From: Verrucomicrobiia bacterium
GTDB lineage: Bacteria; Verrucomicrobiota; Verrucomicrobiia; Verrucomicrobiales; DEV007
NCBI GenBank assembly: GCA_030430255.1
Contig: JAUIGD010000001.1
Location: forward strand, 1 to 59,345
Direction: 5' to 3'
DNA: 59,345 nt
Shown: piece by piece, positions 29,128 through 37,083 of the stretch
Numbering within the stretch: the first letter of the stretch is position 1
How the letters are laid out: every line of letters starts with the position of its first letter
The notes under the pieces: generated by a model
Told to the model about the DNA's origin: nothing
Database searches by the model: none
Seen by the model: only the letters and a program-made list of their open reading frames with translations
Program-made: the position numbers and the translations under genes

Positions 29128-30558
29128 CTATGCCAAGATCTCGCGCACCACGTGCCCGTGCACATCCGTCAGGCGCATGTCGCGGCCGCTGAAGCGGTAG
29201 GTGCTGCGCTCGTGGTCGACGCCCAGCAGGTGCAGCATGGTCGCGTGCATGTCGTGCATCTCGAGCTTCCCCTCGACGACGCGGTAGCCGAACTCATCGG
29301 TCTGGCCGTAGATCGTGCCGCCTCTGACCCCGCCGCCTGCCATCCAGATCGAGTAGGCGAAGGGGTTGTGGTCGCGGCCGTTGCTGCCCTGCGCGAAAGG
29401 CGTGCGCCCGAACTCGCCGGCCCAAACAACGAGCGTCTCGTCGAGCATCCCGCGCTGCTCGAGGTCCGTCAGCAGCGCGCCGATGGGCTGGTCGACGGCG
29501 AGCGCGTTGTTGGTGTGGTTCGCCTTGAGGTTGTTGTGCGCATCCCAGCGGTCGCCGCCGCTGTCAGGGCAGGTCAGCTCGATGAAGCGCACGCCGCGCT
29601 CGACCAAGCGGCGCGCCATCAGGCACTCGGCGCCGTAGATCTGTGTCTGTTTGTTCGGGTGGTTGAGCCCGTACATTTCGCGGATGTGCTCGGGCTCGCC
29701 GGAGAGGTCGGTGAGTTCGGGCACCGAACTCTGCATGCGGTAGGCCATCTCGGAGTTGGCGATCGCCGACTCGATCGCGTCCTGGCCACCGGTGCGATCG
29801 AGGTGGATGGCGTCGAGCTTCGCCAGCAGGTCGAGCTTGCGCCGCTGGGCGGCGTCGTCGCGCTCGCGGCGGGCGATGTTCGCCACCGGCGCCCCCTGCG
29901 GGCGGAAGGTGGAGCCTTGGAACGCGGCGGGCAGGAAGCCGCTGTTGAAGTTGTCGAAGCCCCCCGGCGGCGTCAGGCCGCCGTTGATGACGACGAAGCC
30001 GGGCAAGTTCTCGCAGACGCTGCCCAGGCCGTAGGTGACCCAGGCGCCCATGCTCGGGCGCCCCTGCAGGCCGCTGCCGGTGTGCAGGAAGTAGTTGGCG
30101 TTGGTGTGCTCGGAGAACTTGGAGGTCATCGAGCGCACCACCGCCATCTTGTCGACGTGCTGCGCGCAGTGCGGGAAGAGGTCGCTGACCGGGATGCCGC
30201 TCTGCCCATGCGGTCTGAAGTCCCAAAGGCTGCCCAACATCTTGCCGTTGTTGTTGAACTGGGTGGGCGCGACTTTGAAGAACTGGCCGGGGTCTTTGCC
30301 GTTGTGCTCCCTCAGCAGGGGCTTGGGATCGAAGGAATCGACCTGCGAGACACCGCCGTCCATGTAGAGGAAGATGACGCTCTTCGCTTTTGGCGGGTGG
30401 TGCAAACCGGGGCCGAGCCCGAGTTCGACCGGGTCGCCGACGGCGGCGCCGGCGCGGCCGAGCAGGGCGTCGAAGGCGAACGCCCCGAAGCCGAAGCCGG
30501 AGGCCTTGAGGAGTTCGCGGCGGCTGATTGGGGCTTGGCGGTAGCGTCGGCAATGCAT
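29128..30558 (-). CDS. DUF1501 (sulfatase-fold) family protein with a Tat signal
   Basis: ORF trimmed to MHCRRYRQAPISRRELLKASGFGFGAF. Motifs FLYMDGGVSQVDSFDPKP, RDHNPFAYSIWMAGGG and FSGRDMRLTDVHG are typical of the PVC-group DUF1501 family. Confidence 0.8.
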   Translation of the reverse strand: MHCRRYRQAPISRRELLKASGFGFGAFAFDALLGRAGAAVGDPVELGLGPGLHHPPKAKSVIFLYMDGGVSQVDSFDPKPLLREHNGKDPGQFFKVAPTQFNNNGKMLGSLWDFRPHGQSGIPVSDLFPHCAQHVDKMAVVRSMTSKFSEHTNANYFLHTGSGLQGRPSMGAWVTYGLGSVCENLPGFVVINGGLTPPGGFDNFNSGFLPAAFQGSTFRPQGAPVANIARRERDDAAQRRKLDLLAKLDAIHLDRTGGQDAIESAIANSEMAYRMQSSVPELTDLSGEPEHIREMYGLNHPNKQTQIYGAECLMARRLVERGVRFIELTCPDSGGDRWDAHNNLKANHTNNALAVDQPIGALLTDLEQRGMLDETLVVWAGEFGRTPFAQGSNGRDHNPFAYSIWMAGGGVRGGTIYGQTDEFGYRVVEGKLEMHDMHATMLHLLGVDHERSTYRFSGRDMRLTDVHGHVVREILA

Positions 30559-30941
30559 GGTGGGGCGTCGGGGGCTGGCTTGTGGGAAAAACGGTGAGCC
30601 GCTCGGAGATCTTACCCACGCAACGGCAGATTTCGCCCGCATTTGGGATCGGGCAGCCGGGACACGGCGCGCGTCAGCGGGAATATTTGCCCGCGAATGG
30701 ATGCGGCGATGCGCGAATGGTTTGGGTGGCGGTGTGCGCGGTGGCGGAACGGTTTGCCCGTGGCGCGGGTGGATTTGCGGCAGCGCATCGGCGGCACGCG
30801 GGGACGCGTGCCCTCCGGCGCGGAGGCGGCCTCATCGGGGCCGCCCAACCGGGCCCGTGGGGCCATCGGGAAAATCGCGCGGCAGCGCGGGTAGGGCGCT
30901 CTCGCCGAGAGCACCGTCGGGCTTTGCCCGCGAGTCGCCTA

Positions 30942-30967
30942 CGGCGGAGACGGAGCTCCGCCCTCCA
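30942..30967. repeat. GC-rich REP-like palindromic unit
   Basis: cggcggagacggagctccgccctcca is the reverse complement of the unit at 40816..40841 with 1-2 mismatches. Confidence 0.6.
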
Positions 30968-31056
30968 GTGGGAAAGGGCGCTGCCGCGCGACCGTGGCAT
31001 CGGCGTCCCGCCGATGTCCGTGCCGGAGGCGTCCCGCCTCCGCGCCCGTGCAGCCC

Positions 31057-31240
31057 CTGGCCCGGATCGATCACCACATTCGCAGGCGAGGCGCTGCCAT
31101 TCGTTGACGCTGAGTAGGCGGCGGCAGGGATCGGTGAAGCGGCTGGGTGAACACCCTGCCCGAGCCGGTCACCACGCCAACGCCCTCAGCGTCAACGAGA
31201 ACAAGCCGTAGCCCGGAGCTTGGTGATCGATTCGGGCTGG
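31057..31240 (-). mobile_element. MITE-like palindromic element, full copy D (176-bp core flanked by CTGG/CTGG)
   Basis: 184 bp, the same length as copy B and collinear with it in reverse complement. TIRs are cccggatcgatcacca / tggtgatcgattcggg. The flanking 4-mers are identical to each other (CTGG) but differ from those of copy B (CTAG). Confidence 0.8.
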
Positions 31241-31351
31241 CCTCCCTCGCTCTGCTACCTCTCGCCGGACTCGAACACCCTCCCTCCAGAACGGAGCCCG
31301 TCCAGCCAAAGCATGCACGCCGATCCCATCCGACCATCCGCCCCCTGTCTC

Positions 31352-33265
31352 TCACTCCCTCTCCACCTCCGAAAACAGACTGGCGGTCGCTTTGGTGTAG
31401 ATCCCGTAGTGGCGCACCTCCTTCAGGCCGGCCGGCAGCGGGCGCTTCAGGGTCTGGCCGCCGACCTCTAGCAAAACTTCACCCGCGCCGAGGTCGACCG
31501 TCACCCGAGCGGTGAAGCTGTCGTCGATCTCGAAGTGCCCCGGCGCGGCTTCCCCCGCTGCGAGGTTCGCCCAACCGCCATCGAAGAGCACGTGCTGGTT
31601 CATGCCGATGGCGGTGCCCGCTTTGACGAGCCCGTCGTTGGTCGGGTCGGCGCCGAAGCAGAACATCGCGTTGCGCGTCCGGTCGGCGGCTGCGGAGCGG
31701 TATCGCACGCGGAAGGTCGCCTTCGCGTCGCCGGTGAGCGGCGGGTCGAGCGGGCGCAGGGCGAAGGCCTCGCCCGCGGACTCCAGGTGGGACATGCCGC
31801 CCGGCCCCTCGGTCACGGTGCCGCCGCGGACGAGCGGCCATTTGCCCGTTTTGTCCTCGCCATCGCCGAGCGGCGCGGCTTTGACCTTCGCCCGGGGGGC
31901 GCTGCGCCCGCGCTCGGGCTCGCTCTCCCACCACTCGCGCGGCCCCTCGGACTCGATGCCGCGCCACACCTCCATGAACTGCGCCCGCATCGCCTCGACC
32001 TTGTCCGGCAGCGCGGCGGCGAGGTCGCGCTCCTCGAAGGGGTCTTTCTCGATCTCGTAGAGCTGGAACTCGGTGAAGCTCTTGTCGGCGACGAGCTTCC
32101 AGTCGCCGACCCGCATCGCCGCGTGGCTCTTGTCCGGCGCGATGTGCGTGCGCCAGAACAGTGGCACCGCGCGCTCGACGCCCTCGCCGCGGAAGGCGGG
32201 GCGGATGTCGGTGCCGTCGATGGTGCGGTCGGCGGGGGCGTCGATGCCGGCGATCGCCAGCACGGTGCTGAAGATGTCCGAGCCGATCACCGGCACCTTG
32301 CTCACCGTCCCCGGCTCGATGTGACCGGGCCAGCGCACCATGCCGGGCACGCGGATGCCGCCCTCGTGCGAGTCGCGCTTGCGGCCGCGCAGGCCGCCGG
32401 TGGAGCCGCGCGTGCGCCCCTTGTCGGCGGTCCTGCCCTCGGGCCCGTTGTCGCTGGTGAAGAACACGATCGTGTCCCCGCTCAGGCCGAGCTCGTCCAG
32501 CGCCGCCATCAGCGCGCCGAAGGCGTGATCGATCTGGGTGATGTTGCCGTGGTGCTGGCGGATGCCCTCGTCGTCGATGTCCGCGTAGGGCGCCATGAAC
32601 GCCTCCGCCGACTCGATCGGCAGGTGCGGCTCGTGCGTCCACACCGAGAGCAGGAAGGGCTTCTCCTTGTCGCGGATCTCGCGCAGCCAACGCGTCGCCT
32701 CCGCGACGACGAGCGGCGCCGAGAAGCCCTCCAGCTCGCCGACCTCCTCGCCGTTGCGCACGAAGTTGCGCGGGTTCTTGTGGCTCGGCGCGGCGTTGTT
32801 CTGAGTCGCCATCCAGTGCTCGTAGCCGTGGTCGTCGGGCTGCGGTTGGCGCTCGTCGTTGAAGTGGCCGTTGAGGTGCCATTTGCCGACGTGGCAGGTC
32901 GCGTAACCCGCCCCTTTCAGAAGTTCGGGCAGCGTGACCTCGCTCTCGCGCAGGTGGGTCGGGTGCCCGCCGGGGATCCAACGCCAGACCCCGTTCCGGT
33001 AGGGCGTGCGCCCGGTGAGGATGGAGGACCGCGACGGCGAACAGACGCCGCAGGCGGAGTAGCACTGCGTGAAGCGCACCCCCTCGGCGGCGAACCGGTC
33101 GAGGTTGGGCGATTGGATCAAAGGGTGACCGTAGCAGCCGAGGTCGCCCCATCCCATGTCGTCGACGAGGAAGACCACGACGTTCGGCCGGTCGGCGGCG
33201 TTGGCAGGGACTGTCGCGAAGCAAAGGGCGAGCAGGGCGGCGGCGAGAGCGGTGACGGGCTTCAT
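31352..33265 (-). CDS. arylsulfatase (formylglycine-dependent) with an extra C-terminal beta-sandwich-like domain
   Basis: Contains VVVFLVDDMGWGDLG and the CSPSR FGly motif (GVCSPSRSSILTGR). ORF trimmed to MKPVTALAAALLALCF. Confidence 0.9.
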   Translation of the reverse strand: MKPVTALAAALLALCFATVPANAADRPNVVVFLVDDMGWGDLGCYGHPLIQSPNLDRFAAEGVRFTQCYSACGVCSPSRSSILTGRTPYRNGVWRWIPGGHPTHLRESEVTLPELLKGAGYATCHVGKWHLNGHFNDERQPQPDDHGYEHWMATQNNAAPSHKNPRNFVRNGEEVGELEGFSAPLVVAEATRWLREIRDKEKPFLLSVWTHEPHLPIESAEAFMAPYADIDDEGIRQHHGNITQIDHAFGALMAALDELGLSGDTIVFFTSDNGPEGRTADKGRTRGSTGGLRGRKRDSHEGGIRVPGMVRWPGHIEPGTVSKVPVIGSDIFSTVLAIAGIDAPADRTIDGTDIRPAFRGEGVERAVPLFWRTHIAPDKSHAAMRVGDWKLVADKSFTEFQLYEIEKDPFEERDLAAALPDKVEAMRAQFMEVWRGIESEGPREWWESEPERGRSAPRAKVKAAPLGDGEDKTGKWPLVRGGTVTEGPGGMSHLESAGEAFALRPLDPPLTGDAKATFRVRYRSAAADRTRNAMFCFGADPTNDGLVKAGTAIGMNQHVLFDGGWANLAAGEAAPGHFEIDDSFTARVTVDLGAGEVLLEVGGQTLKRPLPAGLKEVRHYGIYTKATASLFSEVERE

Positions 33266-33424
33266 GCACCGGGAGCCTCCACCCACCGCGCGGGCGGCGC
33301 AAGGACGGCGCCACCCCCGCTCTTGGAGATCCGGGCGGCGGCGGGCCGAGCGGGCGGGCCGGATGGAACCTGCAGCGAACGGGTTCCAGGTTCGAGGAGC
33401 CCAGCAGGCCCCTGGCCCGAATCG

Positions 33425-34516
33425 CTACGGCCGCAACTGCGGCAACGGTTTGGCCACCGGCCGCAACAGTTCAGGGCCGCCGAGCTTCACCTTTGCGGTC
33501 TCGCCCGGCTCGACCACCACGTGGGTGTACGCGCTCTCTGGGGTCGGGACCCGGAAGCCCCGCCCCCCACCATCCTGCGGGAAGAACTGAAACAGCGACA
33601 CTTGAACCGTGCCCGGCACGACCTTCTCGAACGCGAACTTGCCGCTCGCGTCCGTCTCGACGACCCCTCCTTGGCGGAACATGTCCGGGTAGCCAAACCC
33701 GTAGTGCTGGATGCCGAAGGTGACCTCGATCCCCTCACCCGGCTTCTCACCGAGCGCCACCTCGCCCTCGATGCGCCCCCACGGCTCCAACTCGATCTCG
33801 GGATCCGCCGCGAAGTCTGCATAGAACAGCGACGCCACCCCGCTTTCGTGCGCCACCACCACCGCGGCCGCGGGATCGGTCTCGCCCGGCAACTCGAACC
33901 GGCCCCCGGCGTCCGCCGCCACCATCGTCGGGCGCCGCCAAGCATCGCCCAGCTTGGCGGGCATCGGCTCGCCGAACCCCTCCAAGGCCCCGCCCTCCTC
34001 GAGCCGCACGTTGCGCTGCACCAACGCGACCCCGACCTGCGCCCCCGCCGCCGGTGTCCCGTCGGCGAGCAACACCCGACCTTTGCGCCGCGCATCCTTC
34101 TTCAGCTCGAACACCAACTCCTGCGAGCCCTTCCCCTTGTCGACCCAGAGGTGGCGATCCGGCACATAGCCATCCGCCTCCACCCGCAGCGCCAGCGGAT
34201 TGTAGGCACGCGCGAGCGGCTTGTCCCACACCCCCGCCACCGAAGCGGCCGCCGTATGCGGCTGCCACACCACGATCTCTTCGCCCGGGTGGCGCTCGGC
34301 AAACGACGGCTCCACCAGGATCCGGATCTCAACGCCAGAGATCACCCGGAAATCGGAGATCGGCTCGCCGCTCCCGGCATCGAGGCAGCGCACGCGCAGC
34401 AGCGCCCCACCATCGTCCGCCTCGGCGTCGAGCTCAGACAACTCCCCAGCTGCGGGAGAGGCCACACTTTGGATCCAACACAACGCTAGCGGGAGAAATG
34501 GAGACGCAAGTTTCAT
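33425..34516 (-). CDS. secreted hypothetical protein (carboxypeptidase-regulatory-like beta-sandwich repeats, weak)
   Basis: ORF trimmed to MKLASPFLPLALCWIQSVASPAAG. Repeated motifs GRVLLADGTPAAGAQV and GKFAFEKVVPG. Confidence 0.6.
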   Translation of the reverse strand: MKLASPFLPLALCWIQSVASPAAGELSELDAEADDGGALLRVRCLDAGSGEPISDFRVISGVEIRILVEPSFAERHPGEEIVVWQPHTAAASVAGVWDKPLARAYNPLALRVEADGYVPDRHLWVDKGKGSQELVFELKKDARRKGRVLLADGTPAAGAQVGVALVQRNVRLEEGGALEGFGEPMPAKLGDAWRRPTMVAADAGGRFELPGETDPAAAVVVAHESGVASLFYADFAADPEIELEPWGRIEGEVALGEKPGEGIEVTFGIQHYGFGYPDMFRQGGVVETDASGKFAFEKVVPGTVQVSLFQFFPQDGGGRGFRVPTPESAYTHVVVEPGETAKVKLGGPELLRPVAKPLPQLRP

Positions 34517-34885
34517 GCCCCTACGACGCGCAGGCCGCCCCACCCTTAGAAGACGGTCGGAAAAGACATCGCGAGCGCCATGGCGGCGGGCGTCCGCCGC
34601 AGGCTCCCCCGACCTCAAAACTTAAGCCCGCCACTTGGGGAATTTTCATAACGACCATATTACAAACTTCTCGAAGCAATCGTTTCTCGGCCATCATCAA
34701 TGCCTTCAAACGAACCCATCCCCACAAACAACCTATTTACCAACAACAATTTACGAGCATGGGAATAAGTTTTTCAGATTAAATTTTTTGGGATCCTTGA
34801 CTATCGCGTCAGCATTCCTCAGCCTTGGCAAAATTAAGTAATTTTAAGGAACCTCAACACCCCCTTTGCAGCCAACCAACCAACC

Positions 34886-35914
34886 ATGAGCCTGCGCGAG
34901 CACCTACGAAAAGTACTTCCCGACATCCTCCCCCCCGATCCAAAAGATGCCGTCAAGGGCACCGAACTGATCGAGCTGGTGAAACGCAAACTGGAGCAGA
35001 AATACAGCGACGCCACGTTGCGCTATCACTTCTCCATCATGTCGTGTGACCCCAGCGCCCCGATCGCCAAAGTGGAGCATGGGCAGGGATATTACCTACG
35101 CACCAACACGCTCACGGCGATGAAGAGCGCGCGCCACATGATCTCGCCCTCGCAGGCGACTTTCGGCGACGCCTTCGGCTACACGACCTCAAACGAGGCC
35201 TTGCTGCGGGCGAACAAATTCCGCGCCGTCGTCGCCCGCTGCGCCGAGGCCGAGGGCAAGTTCCCCTTCATCTTGGAGAACACCTTCGGCGAGGACGCGC
35301 AGTACGAGGATCTCTGGAAGTATCCCGATGTGATCTCGGTCACTTGGCAGATCGGTCAGCGCGCCGCCAACGGCGTGCAGTTCGACCGCGACATGCTGCA
35401 ACTGCAACGCAGCTTCGGATCGCAACCCTTCACGCTCCGCAGCATGAAGATGAAGCTGGAGGCGCGGCCGGACACCTACCGCGAGGACTTCTTCCAATGC
35501 CTCTCGAATTCGCGCTGGGCCCATTATGGTGAGCTGATCGTCGCCGAACCCATCGAGGGCGCCTCCCTCGTCGATGGCCTGAGGGCCCTGGGTGTCGAGT
35601 ATGGAATCGGCGTCACCAGCTTCGGCCTCACCGCTGAGGCGCTGGACGAACTGCCCGAACCGGGCGCCATCCGCCACTTCGGCGAGCGCGAGATGGAGGG
35701 GTTGAACAAACGCATCCGCCTCCAGCGCATCTCCGAGTCGCGCCCCCGCAGCGAACTCGGCTGGGCGCAGGTTCGCGAACTGCGCGAGAGCAACGAAGAG
35801 ATCGAATCCATGTTCGAGTGGCTCTCGCACAGCCTCGACCACGGCCAAGCTCAGCCCTTCGCCAATTTCCGTCCCTCCGGCAGCATCGCCGCCGCCGAAC
35901 CGGTGGAGGCATAG
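34886..35914 (+). CDS. orphan hypothetical protein; the N-terminal 75 aa look like a winged-helix (HARE/Mrr_N-like), the remainder is unassigned
   Basis: Clean ATG ORF preceded by 265 bp of about 40 percent GC DNA. The gene itself is visibly lower in GC than its neighbours. A strong terminator lies 137 nt downstream. Confidence 0.7.
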   Translation: MSLREHLRKVLPDILPPDPKDAVKGTELIELVKRKLEQKYSDATLRYHFSIMSCDPSAPIAKVEHGQGYYLRTNTLTAMKSARHMISPSQATFGDAFGYTTSNEALLRANKFRAVVARCAEAEGKFPFILENTFGEDAQYEDLWKYPDVISVTWQIGQRAANGVQFDRDMLQLQRSFGSQPFTLRSMKMKLEARPDTYREDFFQCLSNSRWAHYGELIVAEPIEGASLVDGLRALGVEYGIGVTSFGLTAEALDELPEPGAIRHFGEREMEGLNKRIRLQRISESRPRSELGWAQVRELRESNEEIESMFEWLSHSLDHGQAQPFANFRPSGSIAAAEPVEA

Positions 35915-35956
35915 GCATCCAGACCCGCGGATTGCACAGGCTCCGGCACCGCGACG

Positions 35957-35984
35957 ACGGACGCATTCAGACGGACGCATTCAG
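35957..35984 (+). repeat. perfect 14-bp tandem duplication (2 units)
   Basis: acggacgcattcag occurs twice, between the orphan-gene stop and its terminator. Confidence 0.9.
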
Positions 35985-36050
35985 CGGCCCAGCAAAGCCA
36001 CCCTCCGGACAGCGCCGAGCCCATCCACTTACCTCCCTCCAACCAACCTC

Positions 36051-36085
36051 CCCCACACCGCGACTCAGCGGTGTGGGGTTTTTTC
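36051..36085 (+). terminator. rho-independent terminator
   Basis: ccccacaccgc-gactca-gcggtgtgggg forms an 11-bp perfect stem followed by tttttt. Confidence 0.8.
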
Positions 36086-36130
36086 TTGGCGGGGACCACC
36101 CGCGCCGCGGTCGGCGCCGCCCCCACCGCG

Positions 36131-36159
36131 TTGACTTCACCTCACAACGACCGCATACT
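36131..36159 (+). promoter_or_regulatory. sigma70-like promoter candidate (TTGACT-17-CATACT)
   Basis: Read directly from the sequence. It lies 43 nt upstream of the ATG at 36202. Confidence 0.4.
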
Positions 36160-36201
36160 CTGACCCGAAACGCCCTCACGAACACGAACACCCTGATCCC
36201 G

Positions 36202-37077
36202 ATGCGCCTCCCGATCCTTTTGGCCGCCGCCTCCCTCACCACCCTGCCGATCGCCCGCGCGCAGGATGCGCCCCCCGTCGACGAGCCGACCCTGACCATC
36301 GACGCCGTCGGCGGCGATGACGAGGACGCCATCAAACTGATCGAGGAGAGCGAGCTCGATGTCCCGGGCGGTGACGTCGCACCGGCGGCGCCCGGCGGCG
36401 CCCCGCCCCCGCCCACCGGCGTCGGGTTGAACGGCCAGAATCAACGCGACCTCCCCGCCTCGCTCAAGGCGATGAACGAGGAGCAACGCCAGAAGCTCAA
36501 CAGCCTGCTGCAGGACGCCTCCACCTTCCTCGGCGGCATCCGGGTCCAAGAGGCGTTCGAGAAGATCGTCGAGGCCGAAGCTATGGCCCCGGACTTCGCC
36601 CCGGTCTACAATCTGAAGGGTGCCGCCTACACCAAGGTGCGCGACTTCGAGAAGGCCGGGATCGCGTTCGCCAAAGCGCTCGAGCTCGACCCGACCGCGT
36701 TCATGTCGCGCTTCAACCTGACCGAGATCCATTTCGTGTCCGGCAACTTCGCCGGCGCCGAGAAGTCGTTCGTCGAGATGCTCAAAATGAACCCCGCCAT
36801 GCCGGAGGGCACGCGGGCGCTCATCGAATTCAAAATCCTCATCTGCAGGCTCAAGCTCGGCAACCCCGCCGGCGCCGAGGAGGTGCTGCAGAAGTTCGAC
36901 CGCCTCGACGACCATCCCGGGTTCTATTTCGGCCACGCCGCGATCGAGTTTCACAACGAGAACGAGGACAAGGCGAAGGCCTGGATCGCCGCGGCCGGCA
37001 AGTGCTACCCGCCGAGCCAGATCGACGTCTACACCGACTCGTTCATCGAGGTCGGCTGGATCGAAAATCTCCAATAA
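36202..37077 (+). CDS. secreted TPR-repeat protein
   Basis: ORF trimmed to MRLPILLAAASLTTLPIARAQD. TPR-like AYTKVRDFEKAGIAFAKALELDP repeats. Confidence 0.75.
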   Translation: MRLPILLAAASLTTLPIARAQDAPPVDEPTLTIDAVGGDDEDAIKLIEESELDVPGGDVAPAAPGGAPPPPTGVGLNGQNQRDLPASLKAMNEEQRQKLNSLLQDASTFLGGIRVQEAFEKIVEAEAMAPDFAPVYNLKGAAYTKVRDFEKAGIAFAKALELDPTAFMSRFNLTEIHFVSGNFAGAEKSFVEMLKMNPAMPEGTRALIEFKILICRLKLGNPAGAEEVLQKFDRLDDHPGFYFGHAAIEFHNENEDKAKAWIAAAGKCYPPSQIDVYTDSFIEVGWIENLQ

Positions 37078-37083
37078 GGCCGC

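Noticed and set aside
30528-31211. ORFs of 80-230 aa inside the 790-bp repeat-rich gap.
   Set aside because: All are Arg/Gly/Ala/Pro-rich, overlap one another in several frames and run straight through repeat copies.
35957-35984. A direct repeat considered as a CRISPR or array seed.
   Set aside because: There are only two contiguous 14-bp units with no spacers, and no cas genes are in the window.
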